The notes: generated by a model from the letters alone, not told the origin. A stretch of 44,763 nt of DNA from an uncultured archaeon (GCA_964372405.1 CAYJQM010000001.1:1-44763), one strand, 5' to 3'. Positions 1 through 9,153 are shown, counted from the stretch's first letter. Numbers and translations: made by a program.

Positions 1-347
1 GCAACGTATTCAAAGTTCCGACTGATCAAGTAGCCAATCCTACACTTGCTAGCAACTTATCTGATGTTGTAGCAGAACTCGTGGTCAACGGTAAGAGCGG
101 CATCTACAACGTTTCTGGAACTACCCGCGTAAGCAAATATGAATTTGCTTTGAAAGTTGCAGAAAAGCTTGGATTTGATAAGAATTTTATTAAAGGGATT
201 GAAACTGCCTCACTTGGTCAGAAGGCTAAAAGACCGCTAAATGCAGGTTTAAAAACTTTTAAGGTTCAAGCAGATGTGTCTACCAAATTGTTAAACTTGG
301 ATGAAATGATGGAAATTTTAAAGAAAAAGGTTGAGAAAAATGAGTGA
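1..347 (+). CDS. RmlD-family (dTDP-4-dehydrorhamnose reductase-like) sugar reductase, C-terminal fragment; 5' end lies outside the window
   Basis: Frame 3 is open from the window edge (..FKVPTDQVANPTLASNLSDVVAELVVNGKSGIYNVSG..AKRPLNAGL..). The DQxxxPT and RP.N..L motifs are typical of RmlD C-terminal halves. Stop TGA at 345-347 overlaps the next gene. Confidence 0.55.
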   Translation, partial: NVFKVPTDQVANPTLASNLSDVVAELVVNGKSGIYNVSGTTRVSKYEFALKVAEKLGFDKNFIKGIETASLGQKAKRPLNAGLKTFKVQADVSTKLLNLDEMMEILKKKVEKNE

Positions 348-1653
348 AGAATTAAAGAAGAAAATACTAGAAGGTGTTGTTCAATATTACAAGGAAGCTC
401 ATAAGAGGAGCTTTGTTCCTGGTACTACTCCTGTCGGTTATGCAGGCAGGATTTATGATGAGAAGGAAATGGTTGCTGCAGTCGATTCTGTTCTAGATTT
501 CTATTTAACTCTCGGGGATAAGGGTAAGCAGCTTGAAGCAGAGCTTGCAAAATTTGTCGGGGTCCAGCATGCCGCGCTTGTTAATTCTGGATCGTCTGCA
601 AATTTAGTAGCTGTTGCTTCTTTGGTTTCTCCAGAAACACAGAATCACATGAAGAAAGGTGATGAAGTTATAACTGTTGCAGCTTCTTTTCCAACTACAG
701 TAAATGCAATTTTACATAATTCTTTGAAGCCAGTATTTTTGGATGTGGATGTTGGAACTTACAATATAGACTGTTCACGTTTAGAGGAAGCAATATCCGA
801 TAAGACTAAGGCAATAATGGTTGCTCATACGATGGGAAATCCGTTTGACTTAGACAGGGTTACCAGCTTTGCAAAGAAGCACGGGTTGTTTTTAGTAGAG
901 GATACTTGTGATGCTCTCGGATCTCGATATAACGGCAAAATGGTCGGAAGTTTTGGAGATGTTGCAACATTCAGTTTCTATCCAGCTCACCAGATGACGA
1001 TGGGAGAAGGTGGAGCTGTAATAACAAACAATGCAAGACTTTCAAAAACAATAAAATCGTTGAGAGATTGGGGCAGGGATTGCTGGTGCGATCCAGGTAA
1101 AAGCAATACTTGCGGGAAGCGCTTCGGATGGAAATTAGGTTCGTTGCCACTTGGCTATGACCACAAATATATTTACACTAACTTAGGATACAACTTGAAA
1201 CCACTCGAGATGCAAGCGGCTATAGGTTTGGAGCAGCTAAAGAAACTACCATCCTTTATTGAGGCTAGAAAGAAAAACTTCGCTTTGCTTCATAATGCTT
1301 TGAAGGACTATGAGAATTTTATCATACTGCCAAAGGCAACAGAGAAATCTGATCCATGCTGGTTCGGGTTCTTGATAACAGTTAGACCAGACGCAGGATT
1401 CTCAAGAAAAGATATTGTAGACTTCTTGGAAAAGAACAAAATAGAAACAAGAATGCTGTTTGCTGGAAATATATTGCGCCAACCGGCATACAAGGATATT
1501 GATCACAGAGTTGTCGGAGAACTTGTTAATGCAGATCTTATAATGACTAACACATTCTTTGTAGGCGTCTATCCTGGAATAGATGACCAAAGAATGAACT
1601 ACATGATAGAGAAGTTTAGAGAATTTTTCAAAAGTGTAAAATCTACCAGCTAA
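340..1653 (+). CDS. rfbH: CDP-4-keto-6-deoxy-D-glucose 3-dehydrase (E1; RfbH/DdhC), DegT/DnrJ/EryC1 aminotransferase fold
   Basis: His replaces the PLP-lysine in SFYPAHQMTMGEGG. An exact C-X57-C-X1-C-X7-C motif is present (DTC..57 aa..CWCDPGKSNTC), which is the [2Fe-2S] signature of E1. Length is about 437 aa. ATG at 340 is preferred over TTG at 331. Confidence 0.85.
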   Translation: MSEELKKKILEGVVQYYKEAHKRSFVPGTTPVGYAGRIYDEKEMVAAVDSVLDFYLTLGDKGKQLEAELAKFVGVQHAALVNSGSSANLVAVASLVSPETQNHMKKGDEVITVAASFPTTVNAILHNSLKPVFLDVDVGTYNIDCSRLEEAISDKTKAIMVAHTMGNPFDLDRVTSFAKKHGLFLVEDTCDALGSRYNGKMVGSFGDVATFSFYPAHQMTMGEGGAVITNNARLSKTIKSLRDWGRDCWCDPGKSNTCGKRFGWKLGSLPLGYDHKYIYTNLGYNLKPLEMQAAIGLEQLKKLPSFIEARKKNFALLHNALKDYENFIILPKATEKSDPCWFGFLITVRPDAGFSRKDIVDFLEKNKIETRMLFAGNILRQPAYKDIDHRVVGELVNADLIMTNTFFVGVYPGIDDQRMNYMIEKFREFFKSVKSTS

Positions 1654-2593
1654 GGTCTTTGAGTTTACCCATTCTGGGTTTTGCTACATCACCTGTATTA
1701 GAAATAAAATCTTTCAGACCTAATATGAATCCGATCATAAATGCAGGCCGTCCGCTTACCACATTTTTAATTGATCTCGCTATATCACAACCTAGTATCA
1801 ATGGTGTCAATAGTAAAAATTTTGTTAGCGACAAGTTTCTGAAGAATGTATAATACTTGTTTCTTGTGGTGAACCTGTCTTGGGTAGAAGACATATTATT
1901 CCTTTTTACAGATACGGATCCCTTATGGAAAGCAACTGATGCTGGATTATAAATTATTTTGTATCCAGAACTTCTTATTCTCCAACATAAGTCTGTTTCT
2001 TCAAAGTAAGTGAAATAATGAGGACATAAATATTCTCCCAGTTTATCCAGCACATCTTTTCTTACAGCAAAACTTGCGCCCATTGCCCACGAAGTTTCTT
2101 TAGAAGTATCGTATTTTCCCACGTCCTTCTCACCACAATGTTCACTTATTGCCATACCATAGAATGTTAAGCGCCCACCAACATACTGTATAGTGTCGTT
2201 TTTGTTTCCGTCGTAAAATAAAACCTTTGATGCAACAGCGCCAACTTTAGAATCAGAAAACGGTTTCATTATTTCTTCTAGCCAATGTTTATCTGCTATG
2301 GCATCATTGTTCAATAAAATTACGATGTCACCATTTGATTTTTCTATACCAACGTTATTCCCTGCTGCAAAACCTAAATTAGGTCTACCAGGAAGAGTTG
2401 CTGTACTTCTGATAAGGTTGATAGTGTTTTGCCTTTCAGTATAAATTTTTAATTGGGCAAACTGATCTTCTTGAGAATTATTGTCTACAACAATTATTTC
2501 AAAGTCCTTTGCAGTTTGATGCTTAAGCGATTCGAGACACTCTATCGTATCCTTTGTGGTGTTCCAATTAAGTATTATTATGCTTGCTTTCAT
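1643..2593 (-). CDS. family 2 glycosyltransferase
   Basis: N-terminus MKASIIILNWNTTKDTIECLESL..VVDNNS..LLNNDA is a classic GT-A/GT2 fold with a DxD-type motif. Its 3' end overlaps rfbH convergently by 11 nt. Confidence 0.8.
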   Translation of the reverse strand: MKASIIILNWNTTKDTIECLESLKHQTAKDFEIIVVDNNSQEDQFAQLKIYTERQNTINLIRSTATLPGRPNLGFAAGNNVGIEKSNGDIVILLNNDAIADKHWLEEIMKPFSDSKVGAVASKVLFYDGNKNDTIQYVGGRLTFYGMAISEHCGEKDVGKYDTSKETSWAMGASFAVRKDVLDKLGEYLCPHYFTYFEETDLCWRIRSSGYKIIYNPASVAFHKGSVSVKRNNMSSTQDRFTTRNKYYTFFRNLSLTKFLLLTPLILGCDIARSIKNVVSGRPAFMIGFILGLKDFISNTGDVAKPRMGKLKDLSW

Positions 2594-3675
2594 TTAATCT
2601 CCTTTTTACAAAGATCACTCAAAACTTTCTGAGCCATCAATCCAGCGTTTTTCCAGCTTAACTGCGATGCACGTTCCAATGAAAGCTCCGCATACCTTTT
2701 ACGCAACTTCTCATCATCAACTAATTTTTCTATTGCTTCGGATGTATGTTCTACATCAGGATATGTTAAGATGCCATACTTTCCAACAACCTCAGGCATA
2801 GTTGTAACATTTGATGCAATCACAGGAACGCCGCAAGCCATGGCTTCTACAATCGGCAATCCGAAACCTTCGGCAAGTGTTGGATAAACAAAAATATCCA
2901 AAGAGTTTATGAATTCGACCATTTTGCTGTCCGGTAAAGGCGACTGGAAGTATGTGTTTGGTATGTTCATTGACCGGAATATTTCAGTATTCCTGCCGCT
3001 GCCCACCATGTGCAGTTCTATGTCTGAACGCTTCTTTGACAATTGTGCAAAGCTTTTTACAACTAGTTCTGCGTTCTTCCTTCCATCAAAGCCACCGAAG
3101 TAACCAATTTTTACTTTTCCGTTTGGTTCATGTTTAATGGGTCTGTAGACACCTTGATCTACACCACAATAAATAACTTTTACTTGTTCGTCTCTAAGGT
3201 TTGTAGAATTTAGTATGTCTTGTCGTGCTGTGTTGCTAAGTGCTATCAACACATCGGAATTCTTTGCAAGTTTAAAGCAGCGCTTTATCCATGCATCCGC
3301 TATGCGATCTTGCAAAGTCATGTTATTGTTTTTCATCCATGGTACTGCATCCAAGACCGAAACAGCTCTCGGAGTTTTCTTTGCTGCCGCAAGCGCTGCA
3401 CCAGTTGTTATGTAGTCAGAAAAGTAAACGTCAGCTGTGGCATTGCGCATATGTTTGTATAGAGAAAAATGATAGGCCATCCAGCTAAATTTTGGTGATG
3501 GTATGGTTTTAATCCAGCTTTCTTCAGGTTTGTAATCATCTCTTACCAAAAGTGTTACGTCTTCACCAAGCCTAAAGAGCTCGCGGCTGATGTTGTAAAT
3601 ATACTTGCTTATGCCACGGCTTGTTCCAATAACACCGCTTTGCGGGCATGTGTGAGCAGCTATCAATATTTTCAT
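2590..3675 (-). CDS. family 1/4 (GT-B) glycosyltransferase
   Basis: C-terminal ..YPTLAEGFGLPIVEAMACGVPVIASN.. is the EX7E-type GT4 signature. The start ATG overlaps the micro-ORF stop as ATGA. Confidence 0.8.
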   Translation of the reverse strand: MKILIAAHTCPQSGVIGTSRGISKYIYNISRELFRLGEDVTLLVRDDYKPEESWIKTIPSPKFSWMAYHFSLYKHMRNATADVYFSDYITTGAALAAAKKTPRAVSVLDAVPWMKNNNMTLQDRIADAWIKRCFKLAKNSDVLIALSNTARQDILNSTNLRDEQVKVIYCGVDQGVYRPIKHEPNGKVKIGYFGGFDGRKNAELVVKSFAQLSKKRSDIELHMVGSGRNTEIFRSMNIPNTYFQSPLPDSKMVEFINSLDIFVYPTLAEGFGLPIVEAMACGVPVIASNVTTMPEVVGKYGILTYPDVEHTSEAIEKLVDDEKLRKRYAELSLERASQLSWKNAGLMAQKVLSDLCKKEIK

Positions 3676-3740
3676 TTTTGCTCACCAATTTTAAGTGCAA
3701 AAGTGTGTTGATGATTCAATTTCATAAAGGTCAACTTCAT
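3672..3740 (-). CDS. 22-codon micro-ORF (MKLTFMKLNHQHTFALKIGEQK), overlapped as ATGA at both ends with the flanking genes
   Basis: It has its own GGTGA SD 7 nt upstream of the ATG (3738-3740). Stop TGA is at 3672-3674. The first 15 codons are nucleotide-identical to the micro-ORF at 39748-39807. It is below the ORF-track length cutoff. Translation is not demonstrated. Confidence 0.35.
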   Translation of the reverse strand: MKLTFMKLNHQHTFALKIGEQK

Positions 3741-3767
3741 TTTTGCTCACCAATTTGGGGTGCGAAA
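3672..3767 (-). repeat. SD/start-codon cassette, copy A: two direct copies of AAATTGGTGAGCAAAAATGA 66 nt apart, flanking a 38-46 nt unique segment
   Basis: Manual alignment to 39720-39817 (reverse complement) gives a 61-nt identical core (3696-3756). The downstream module differs by one substitution and one 1-nt indel. A TTTCGCA match lies upstream. Confidence 0.9.
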
Positions 3768-4864
3768 TTAACGTTTTTTAAGAAAATTTTAATTTCCTCG
3801 ACTACCTTTTTGGTTGCATGTGCATCCTTAAGCTTCCGCTTCTTTAGTTTGCCATGTTTCACTGTTCCTATCTTAGAAAGTATTTCACTGCTATTACACC
3901 CGGTTACAAAGACGTTGTAATTGCTTAGATTTCCATACTGAAGAAAATTGTTTGTAACTATACACGGCTTTCCGAGTGCTGCACATTCCTCTTCAACGCC
4001 GTTGCTATCTGTTATAACACATGAGCTGGCTTTCATTAAATGTATATAGTCTACATAGTTCAATTTTTCTATAATTTTAGTATTTTCTAACCGTAAGTTC
4101 ATTTTTGAAAGCATCATCTTTATCGCCGGATTTGGAGAATAGATAACAGGCAGTGGGGAATTTTCCATTGCTGTTATCAGTTCCTTGAGATTATTTTTAT
4201 TTTTTACTCTTACAGAATTTGCTAAAACGTATTTACCTTTTGGCAAATCTACAGCAGATTTAATTGAAAGTGCTAGTTTTGTTGTTTCTACAACTGGGTT
4301 ACCGATGCAGACTATCTTGCCCTTCACGTCATTCAGGTTATGTTCAAGTTCTGGAGACCTTATGAATATCAGATCTGCTGCACTTTCTCCAACTTTGTAT
4401 CCAAAATCCAGCAAATTGTTTTCGCCTGTCCTCAAACCTGCTTCGTAATCGATAAGCACTGGAGTTTTCTTCAATGCCTGTGCAGCACGAACTGTAATGC
4501 CAACAGTCAATGTGTTACCCAAGTAAATTATCGGACCACCAGTATTTGCAAAGATCGTCTTTAATGAATTTATTGCTTTAAGTCCCCACACCAAAGATAT
4601 TGCAGCTCCCGAAATGCTGTAAGGTCCCAACATTTTCAGCTGTACTATTTTGTGCGAGGATAGTTTAGACCACTTCTCTCTTGGGGATTTGCGTAACTTG
4701 AAGTCTGGTTTTTGGAGTTTCAACAGCTCTACAATATCGCTTGTATCCTGTTGGTTTGTGTCAATTGTTAAGAAATTTATTTTCTGTCTTCGAAGCTCTT
4801 TAATTAGTGATGTAAATTTAATCAGTTCGCCGCGTGTTCCGTAAACTAATGTCAACATATTCAT
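3737..4864 (-). CDS. UDP-N-acetylglucosamine 2-epimerase-like (WecB family) protein
   Basis: N-terminal LTLVYGTRGELIK and C-terminal ..VITDSNGVEEECAALGKPCIV.. resemble the WecB GTRPE.IK and DSGG.QEEA..LG.P motifs. The last codons (..IGEQK*) are supplied by the repeat cassette. ATG at 4864 is preferred over TTG at 4870. Confidence 0.65.
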   Translation of the reverse strand: MNMLTLVYGTRGELIKFTSLIKELRRQKINFLTIDTNQQDTSDIVELLKLQKPDFKLRKSPREKWSKLSSHKIVQLKMLGPYSISGAAISLVWGLKAINSLKTIFANTGGPIIYLGNTLTVGITVRAAQALKKTPVLIDYEAGLRTGENNLLDFGYKVGESAADLIFIRSPELEHNLNDVKGKIVCIGNPVVETTKLALSIKSAVDLPKGKYVLANSVRVKNKNNLKELITAMENSPLPVIYSPNPAIKMMLSKMNLRLENTKIIEKLNYVDYIHLMKASSCVITDSNGVEEECAALGKPCIVTNNFLQYGNLSNYNVFVTGCNSSEILSKIGTVKHGKLKKRKLKDAHATKKVVEEIKIFLKNVNFAPQIGEQK

Positions 4865-4920
4865 TACCAATCAAAACAAGCTTTATAAGATCTGTGAATT
4901 CGTGGTCTCCGGTAAATGAT

Positions 4921-5955
4921 TCAGATTACACCAGACATCCAAAAGGCAAAGAGGCTAAAGAAAAGTTCAATTCCTATGATTATTGCAACAATTTCACGTT
5001 CCTTGAAGTTGCCTATTCTCATCACTATGTGCGTTAGAGAATATATTTTTTCATATGGTGATTTAAGAGTTCCGTCTTTTTGTAGCACCCCAAAGGTTTC
5101 GGCCTTAAATTTGGTACGAGCTTTTAGCAAAAGCTCTATAAACCATGGTGTAAAAGCGAATAATGTAAACCGTTCAATGTTTCCTATTACTGCAACGGCG
5201 GCTACTGTTGCACCTATGCAGTATAGTAAGCTGTCCCCAGGCAAAATTTTTGCAGGAGTCCAATTGAACTTAAGAAAAGCCAAAAGTGCAGCTACCATTA
5301 TGAGTGCAATGGCAGCAGCGGCAATCTGCCCGCTAATTAAAGCATAGATGCCCATGGAACCCAACAGAATAATAGACATTCCAACTTCCAATCCATTCAA
5401 GCCTGCTAACATGTTTATTGCATTAGAGGCACCAACTATTCCAATTGGTACAAATAATAATGGGAACAATATTCCAACATCAACTGTACTGATTACAGGC
5501 AATAATACTGTAGAATCTCCAGCCATTATTGCCATCAATGGTATAGCTGCTGGCAAAGTGAAGAGGGGTTTCTGCCACTGCTTCAATCCTATACGCTTCA
5601 CATTTCCAAATCTATCTTTTGATACGGTGGTTTTTATCAATCTACCCAAATCATCAAAAATACCGATGACAGTAATAATAAGAATTGTGGATATGGAAGC
5701 CAGCAGTTCTATAAGATTCTCTGCGGTTCCGTAAAGGAAAACGCGTACCCATATAAACAAAAAAATTCCTGCCAAGAACCCCATAAGCACAACAGGTCCT
5801 CCCATTTCTGCCACTTCAGGTCTATCGGGCTTCTGAATGTCGGTTCCGACTATTCTAGCCAATCGCAAAAACTCTATGAATTTTGGAAGCAGGGCATACG
5901 TTACTACGAATGATACTGCTATTGCTACATAAAATGCATTAGACACTCTAAACAA
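4921..5955 (-). CDS. AglH/GPT-type UDP-GlcNAc:dolichyl-phosphate GlcNAc-1-phosphate transferase (MraY/WecA superfamily)
   Basis: Polytopic membrane protein with the ..IFDDLG.. and ..ASNAINMLAGLNGLEVG.. motifs of the polyprenyl-phosphate HexNAc-1-P transferase family. Confidence 0.8.
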   Translation of the reverse strand: MFRVSNAFYVAIAVSFVVTYALLPKFIEFLRLARIVGTDIQKPDRPEVAEMGGPVVLMGFLAGIFLFIWVRVFLYGTAENLIELLASISTILIITVIGIFDDLGRLIKTTVSKDRFGNVKRIGLKQWQKPLFTLPAAIPLMAIMAGDSTVLLPVISTVDVGILFPLLFVPIGIVGASNAINMLAGLNGLEVGMSIILLGSMGIYALISGQIAAAAIALIMVAALLAFLKFNWTPAKILPGDSLLYCIGATVAAVAVIGNIERFTLFAFTPWFIELLLKARTKFKAETFGVLQKDGTLKSPYEKIYSLTHIVMRIGNFKEREIVAIIIGIELFFSLFAFWMSGVI

Positions 5956-7489
5956 CCTGGAATATTACCGTATCGGTATTTTCAAATACATTTTTGAAGT
6001 GGTTAGACGACTGCAAATAATTTACAAACTGCACTGGATATGTTTGCTGGTATGCCTGTTCAGAGATGGAAAATTTGGCAACCAGTATGTAATTAACGCC
6101 GTGTTTTTTTAGCGGCGGAAGCACCTTTTCATCCGTATTGGTCAATAAAATATCCCCAAGCTCTGCAACGCTCCACATCGCTCTGCGTTCAGAGTGGTAG
6201 ACAGTCGCTGCTGTCCACAGCGATAAAACAACGGAGTCTTTAGCCGTGTTCAGCTTCAACCACTGATTAGCCTCCACGAATGCTGGCGAAAACTGCTTTA
6301 CAGATGACATTACAGAGACTTTTGCCAAACCTGGTTGTGCAACCAATGCCGCAAAGATGAGGATTATTATTATACCGGCATATTTGAAATGTTTCTTTTC
6401 AAATGAGATGAGCTTGGATGCATATATTGCAGCAACAACACTTACCGGTATCACAACAGGTAAAACATATCTTGCAGCATCTTCTACTCTGCCAGTTGCA
6501 AATTTAAACAAAAGCAGCGATGAGAGCAAAAATACCAATGGAATAGAAAGGTAATTATTTCTGTTTATTATGCAAAGTGCTATTCCACCAACTAGTAAAA
6601 GTATTAACAGCGGATTACCATATGAAAATGCAAAAAAATTCAGCAGACCAAACTTTATTAATTCAGCTTCGCTGCCAACTTCTGCTATCCTACCTGAGAA
6701 CTCCTGTGAAGATTGTTCGGGGGCACCAAAGTTGCAGCCAGCCGAAGAAAAGAATCTTGGAACAACTGGGAAATTGTCGCATGTAGGGCTTCCATAAAGT
6801 GCAAAGTTTCTAACGAACCAAGGCGTCATTAAGATGAAAACGGCTATCAGCACCGTAAGCCCTGCTATCAAGAATTTTTTCCTTTCTGTAGTCATAAACG
6901 GGTAAAACAACAGGAATAGGAGCATAATTGGTCCGCTAGTCTTTGTTAACAATGATAAAGATGTGAACACTGCTGTAAGCGTCAGGAATATAGGTTTTTC
7001 GGTTTTGATGAACTTATGGAAAAACAGCAAAGATGCCATTACCATCAGCAGGAACAATCCATCGGAATAAAATAAAACAGCATATGTGACCTGTGATGGT
7101 ATCATTAAGAAAAGAAATGCTGCGAACAGACCGGCCTCAGCGGATACAAAATCCCTTACCCACAAAAATATTAGGAGTGCGGTAAGGACAGAAAATAATG
7201 GTATTACCATTTTAATTATGAACTCGTTCCAGCCGGCTAATGCAAAACCGGAGAAAATCATGTAAAGCAGCGGAGGTCTTACGAAGCCACCTTTGGCATC
7301 TGCTGTATCATAAAACAAAGGATACCATTTATGGTAAGTGGCGTCAGCGCCCATGGATTTAGACACTGCAGCATGAAACCCTTCATCACCAAAAATTATT
7401 GGTCTGGTAAGGCTTACGCTTAGGTAAACAATGTATACGAGCAGAACCATTGCAACAGCTAAACCCGATAACAATTTAGTCCTATCCAA
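5948..7489 (-). CDS. GT-C fold membrane glycosyltransferase (ArnT/PMT_2, GT39/83-like)
   Basis: More than 10 predicted TM segments. The first loop carries the acidic motif ..IIFGDEGFHA.. . A C-terminal soluble domain is present. Overlaps the downstream gene by 8 nt. Confidence 0.7.
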   Translation of the reverse strand: MDRTKLLSGLAVAMVLLVYIVYLSVSLTRPIIFGDEGFHAAVSKSMGADATYHKWYPLFYDTADAKGGFVRPPLLYMIFSGFALAGWNEFIIKMVIPLFSVLTALLIFLWVRDFVSAEAGLFAAFLFLMIPSQVTYAVLFYSDGLFLLMVMASLLFFHKFIKTEKPIFLTLTAVFTSLSLLTKTSGPIMLLFLLFYPFMTTERKKFLIAGLTVLIAVFILMTPWFVRNFALYGSPTCDNFPVVPRFFSSAGCNFGAPEQSSQEFSGRIAEVGSEAELIKFGLLNFFAFSYGNPLLILLLVGGIALCIINRNNYLSIPLVFLLSSLLLFKFATGRVEDAARYVLPVVIPVSVVAAIYASKLISFEKKHFKYAGIIIILIFAALVAQPGLAKVSVMSSVKQFSPAFVEANQWLKLNTAKDSVVLSLWTAATVYHSERRAMWSVAELGDILLTNTDEKVLPPLKKHGVNYILVAKFSISEQAYQQTYPVQFVNYLQSSNHFKNVFENTDTVIFQVV

Positions 7490-7588
7490 TTAATCACTAT
7501 CCAAATATTGTATAATCCATATCCAATAGCTGCTTCGGATAGTCCAATAACCACCTTGCAGCCGTCAAGCAGTCAATATTAACGAAGT

Positions 7589-7597
7589 CTTATAAAC
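7589..7597 (+). promoter_or_regulatory. TATA-like box (CTTATAAAC) about 30 nt upstream of ATG 7628
   Basis: The spacing fits an archaeal leaderless promoter. It lies in a divergent intergenic region. Confidence 0.35.
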
Positions 7598-7627
7598 CTT
7601 GTGGATAAATGTGTTTCGTGGTTGCAA

Positions 7628-8311
7628 ATGGTTGCTAAAATTGCCGTGCTGATTCCGGCTTACAATGAATCAAAAACAATAGGGGAAGTTGTAAAACGAA
7701 CAAGAAAAGCTGCCCGAGGAATTGAAGTGCTGGTTGTAGACGATGGCTCTAAAGACAATACGGCCGGGCTTGCAAAGAAAGCTGGTGCTGATGTAATTAG
7801 ACACGAAGTCAATAAAGGCAAGGCCCAAGCAATGATAACCGGCATGAACAAATTGAAAAAATTTGATTGGGTCGTTTTTCTTGATGCAGATCTTCAGTAC
7901 GAACCGGAAGAAATAGTAAAGTTTTTAGAGGTAATCAAGCAAGATGGTGCAGACTTCATTTTGGGATACAGAACATTTTCAAACATTCCACATTTCAGAC
8001 ATTGGTTGGCCAATGTTTTAGTATCGCTTATTTTCAATGTTTGTTATGGTGCTAACGTTAGGGACCTGACGTGTGGCTTGCGTGCAATAAAAATGTCTTT
8101 GTGGAACAAAATGAATTTAATTTTTTCCGGTTACTTAGTTGAGACGGAAATGGCCTACGATGCTGCTAAGTTTAATGCTCGAATACAACAGATGCGTGTT
8201 GGCGTAAAATATCATAGCAAGTCGGGCGTCAGTCGTGGGGTCAAGATAGTAGCTAGTATACTGATACATACTCTATTCTGGAAAGTTGTCGGCAAAAGAA
8301 GAATTTTCTAG
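7628..8311 (+). CDS. family 2 glycosyltransferase, dolichyl-phosphate hexose synthase-like
   Basis: MVAKIAVLIPAYNESKTIGEVV..VVDDGSKDNT..LDADLQ.. is a Dpm1/GtrB-like pattern. ATG at 7628 is preferred over GTG at 7601. Confidence 0.75.
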   Translation: MVAKIAVLIPAYNESKTIGEVVKRTRKAARGIEVLVVDDGSKDNTAGLAKKAGADVIRHEVNKGKAQAMITGMNKLKKFDWVVFLDADLQYEPEEIVKFLEVIKQDGADFILGYRTFSNIPHFRHWLANVLVSLIFNVCYGANVRDLTCGLRAIKMSLWNKMNLIFSGYLVETEMAYDAAKFNARIQQMRVGVKYHSKSGVSRGVKIVASILIHTLFWKVVGKRRIF

Positions 8312-9153
8312 GCATGTTTCAGTTTGCCAAGCAAAAATTCCCATGTTGCAACGAAATAAGCTTTGTCTAATTTTATCAAATAAAATATTGTTATCAATGG
8401 TAAGAATGGTAAGGCTTTGAGCCACATTCCAAATGTCCAATGCTTGCTCAAGAATCTGTAACGATTTCTATTACTGCTTAGGTTTGCTTCATAGCCCATT
8501 CTTTTAGTAGCGTCCCCGCTTTTGTGAAATACTGTAGACGATGTACAATACCAGTTTTCATATCCAGCCTTTGAAATTCTAAATGACAGATCAGCATCTT
8601 CATAGTAAACCGGATTGAAGTTTTCATCGAAGAAATTTATTTTTTTAAGGACTTCAGTTCTATATACACAACAAGCTGCCTGTGTTCCAAGAACCTTCAT
8701 ATTTTCTTTGTAGCTTTCTGGAGAAGAATGTTTACCCTTTGTAGCTATCATAGAACCATAAGTTATTTCTAGACCAACACTTTCCAAATATTTTCCATCA
8801 AAACTTAAAATTTTAGGCTGCACTGCTCCAACCTTTGGGTTGGCTTCAATGAAGCTCATCAGCTTTGCTATGCAGTCTGGATCCATCTTCACATCATCGC
8901 TAATTAGCGCAACGAACGGCGTTGTGACAGTTTTTAGTGCGTAGTTGTTGCCTCCGCTAAAGCCCCTATTAGGGCTCACAGATAAAGTCTTTATTTTGTG
9001 TGATTTCAACCAGTCTTCAGATTTGTCGATTGAGCCGTTTACACAAACTAACAGTTCAAAGTCTTTGTAGGTTTGCTTCTCTATTGACGGGATTGAGGAT
9101 TTTAAATTTTCTAATCCGTTCCAAGTGAGAACAATAATTGTAAGCTTTTTCAT
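8308..9153 (-). CDS. family 2 glycosyltransferase
   Basis: MKKLTIIVLTWNGLENL..; ..YYEDADLSFR.. are GT2 rhamnosyl/galactosyl-transferase-like motifs. A GGTGAT SD precedes the ATG. Confidence 0.8.
   Translation of the reverse strand: MKKLTIIVLTWNGLENLKSSIPSIEKQTYKDFELLVCVNGSIDKSEDWLKSHKIKTLSVSPNRGFSGGNNYALKTVTTPFVALISDDVKMDPDCIAKLMSFIEANPKVGAVQPKILSFDGKYLESVGLEITYGSMIATKGKHSSPESYKENMKVLGTQAACCVYRTEVLKKINFFDENFNPVYYEDADLSFRISKAGYENWYCTSSTVFHKSGDATKRMGYEANLSSNRNRYRFLSKHWTFGMWLKALPFLPLITIFYLIKLDKAYFVATWEFLLGKLKHA

Noticed and set aside
3648-3920. Track ORFs 3648-3920 (+) and 39640-39942 (-) share the peptide ..CKSVLMIQFHKGQLHFCSPI.., which suggests a conserved protein.
   Set aside because: The similarity is just the antisense translation of the repeated cassette. 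Both ORFs run antisense to, or across, well-supported genes and promoters and have no start context.
4916-5734. Plus-strand ORFs 4916-5347 and 5348-5734.
   Set aside because: They lie antisense to the AglH-type transferase, whose membrane topology and motifs are clear. Shadow ORFs are common opposite hydrophobic genes.
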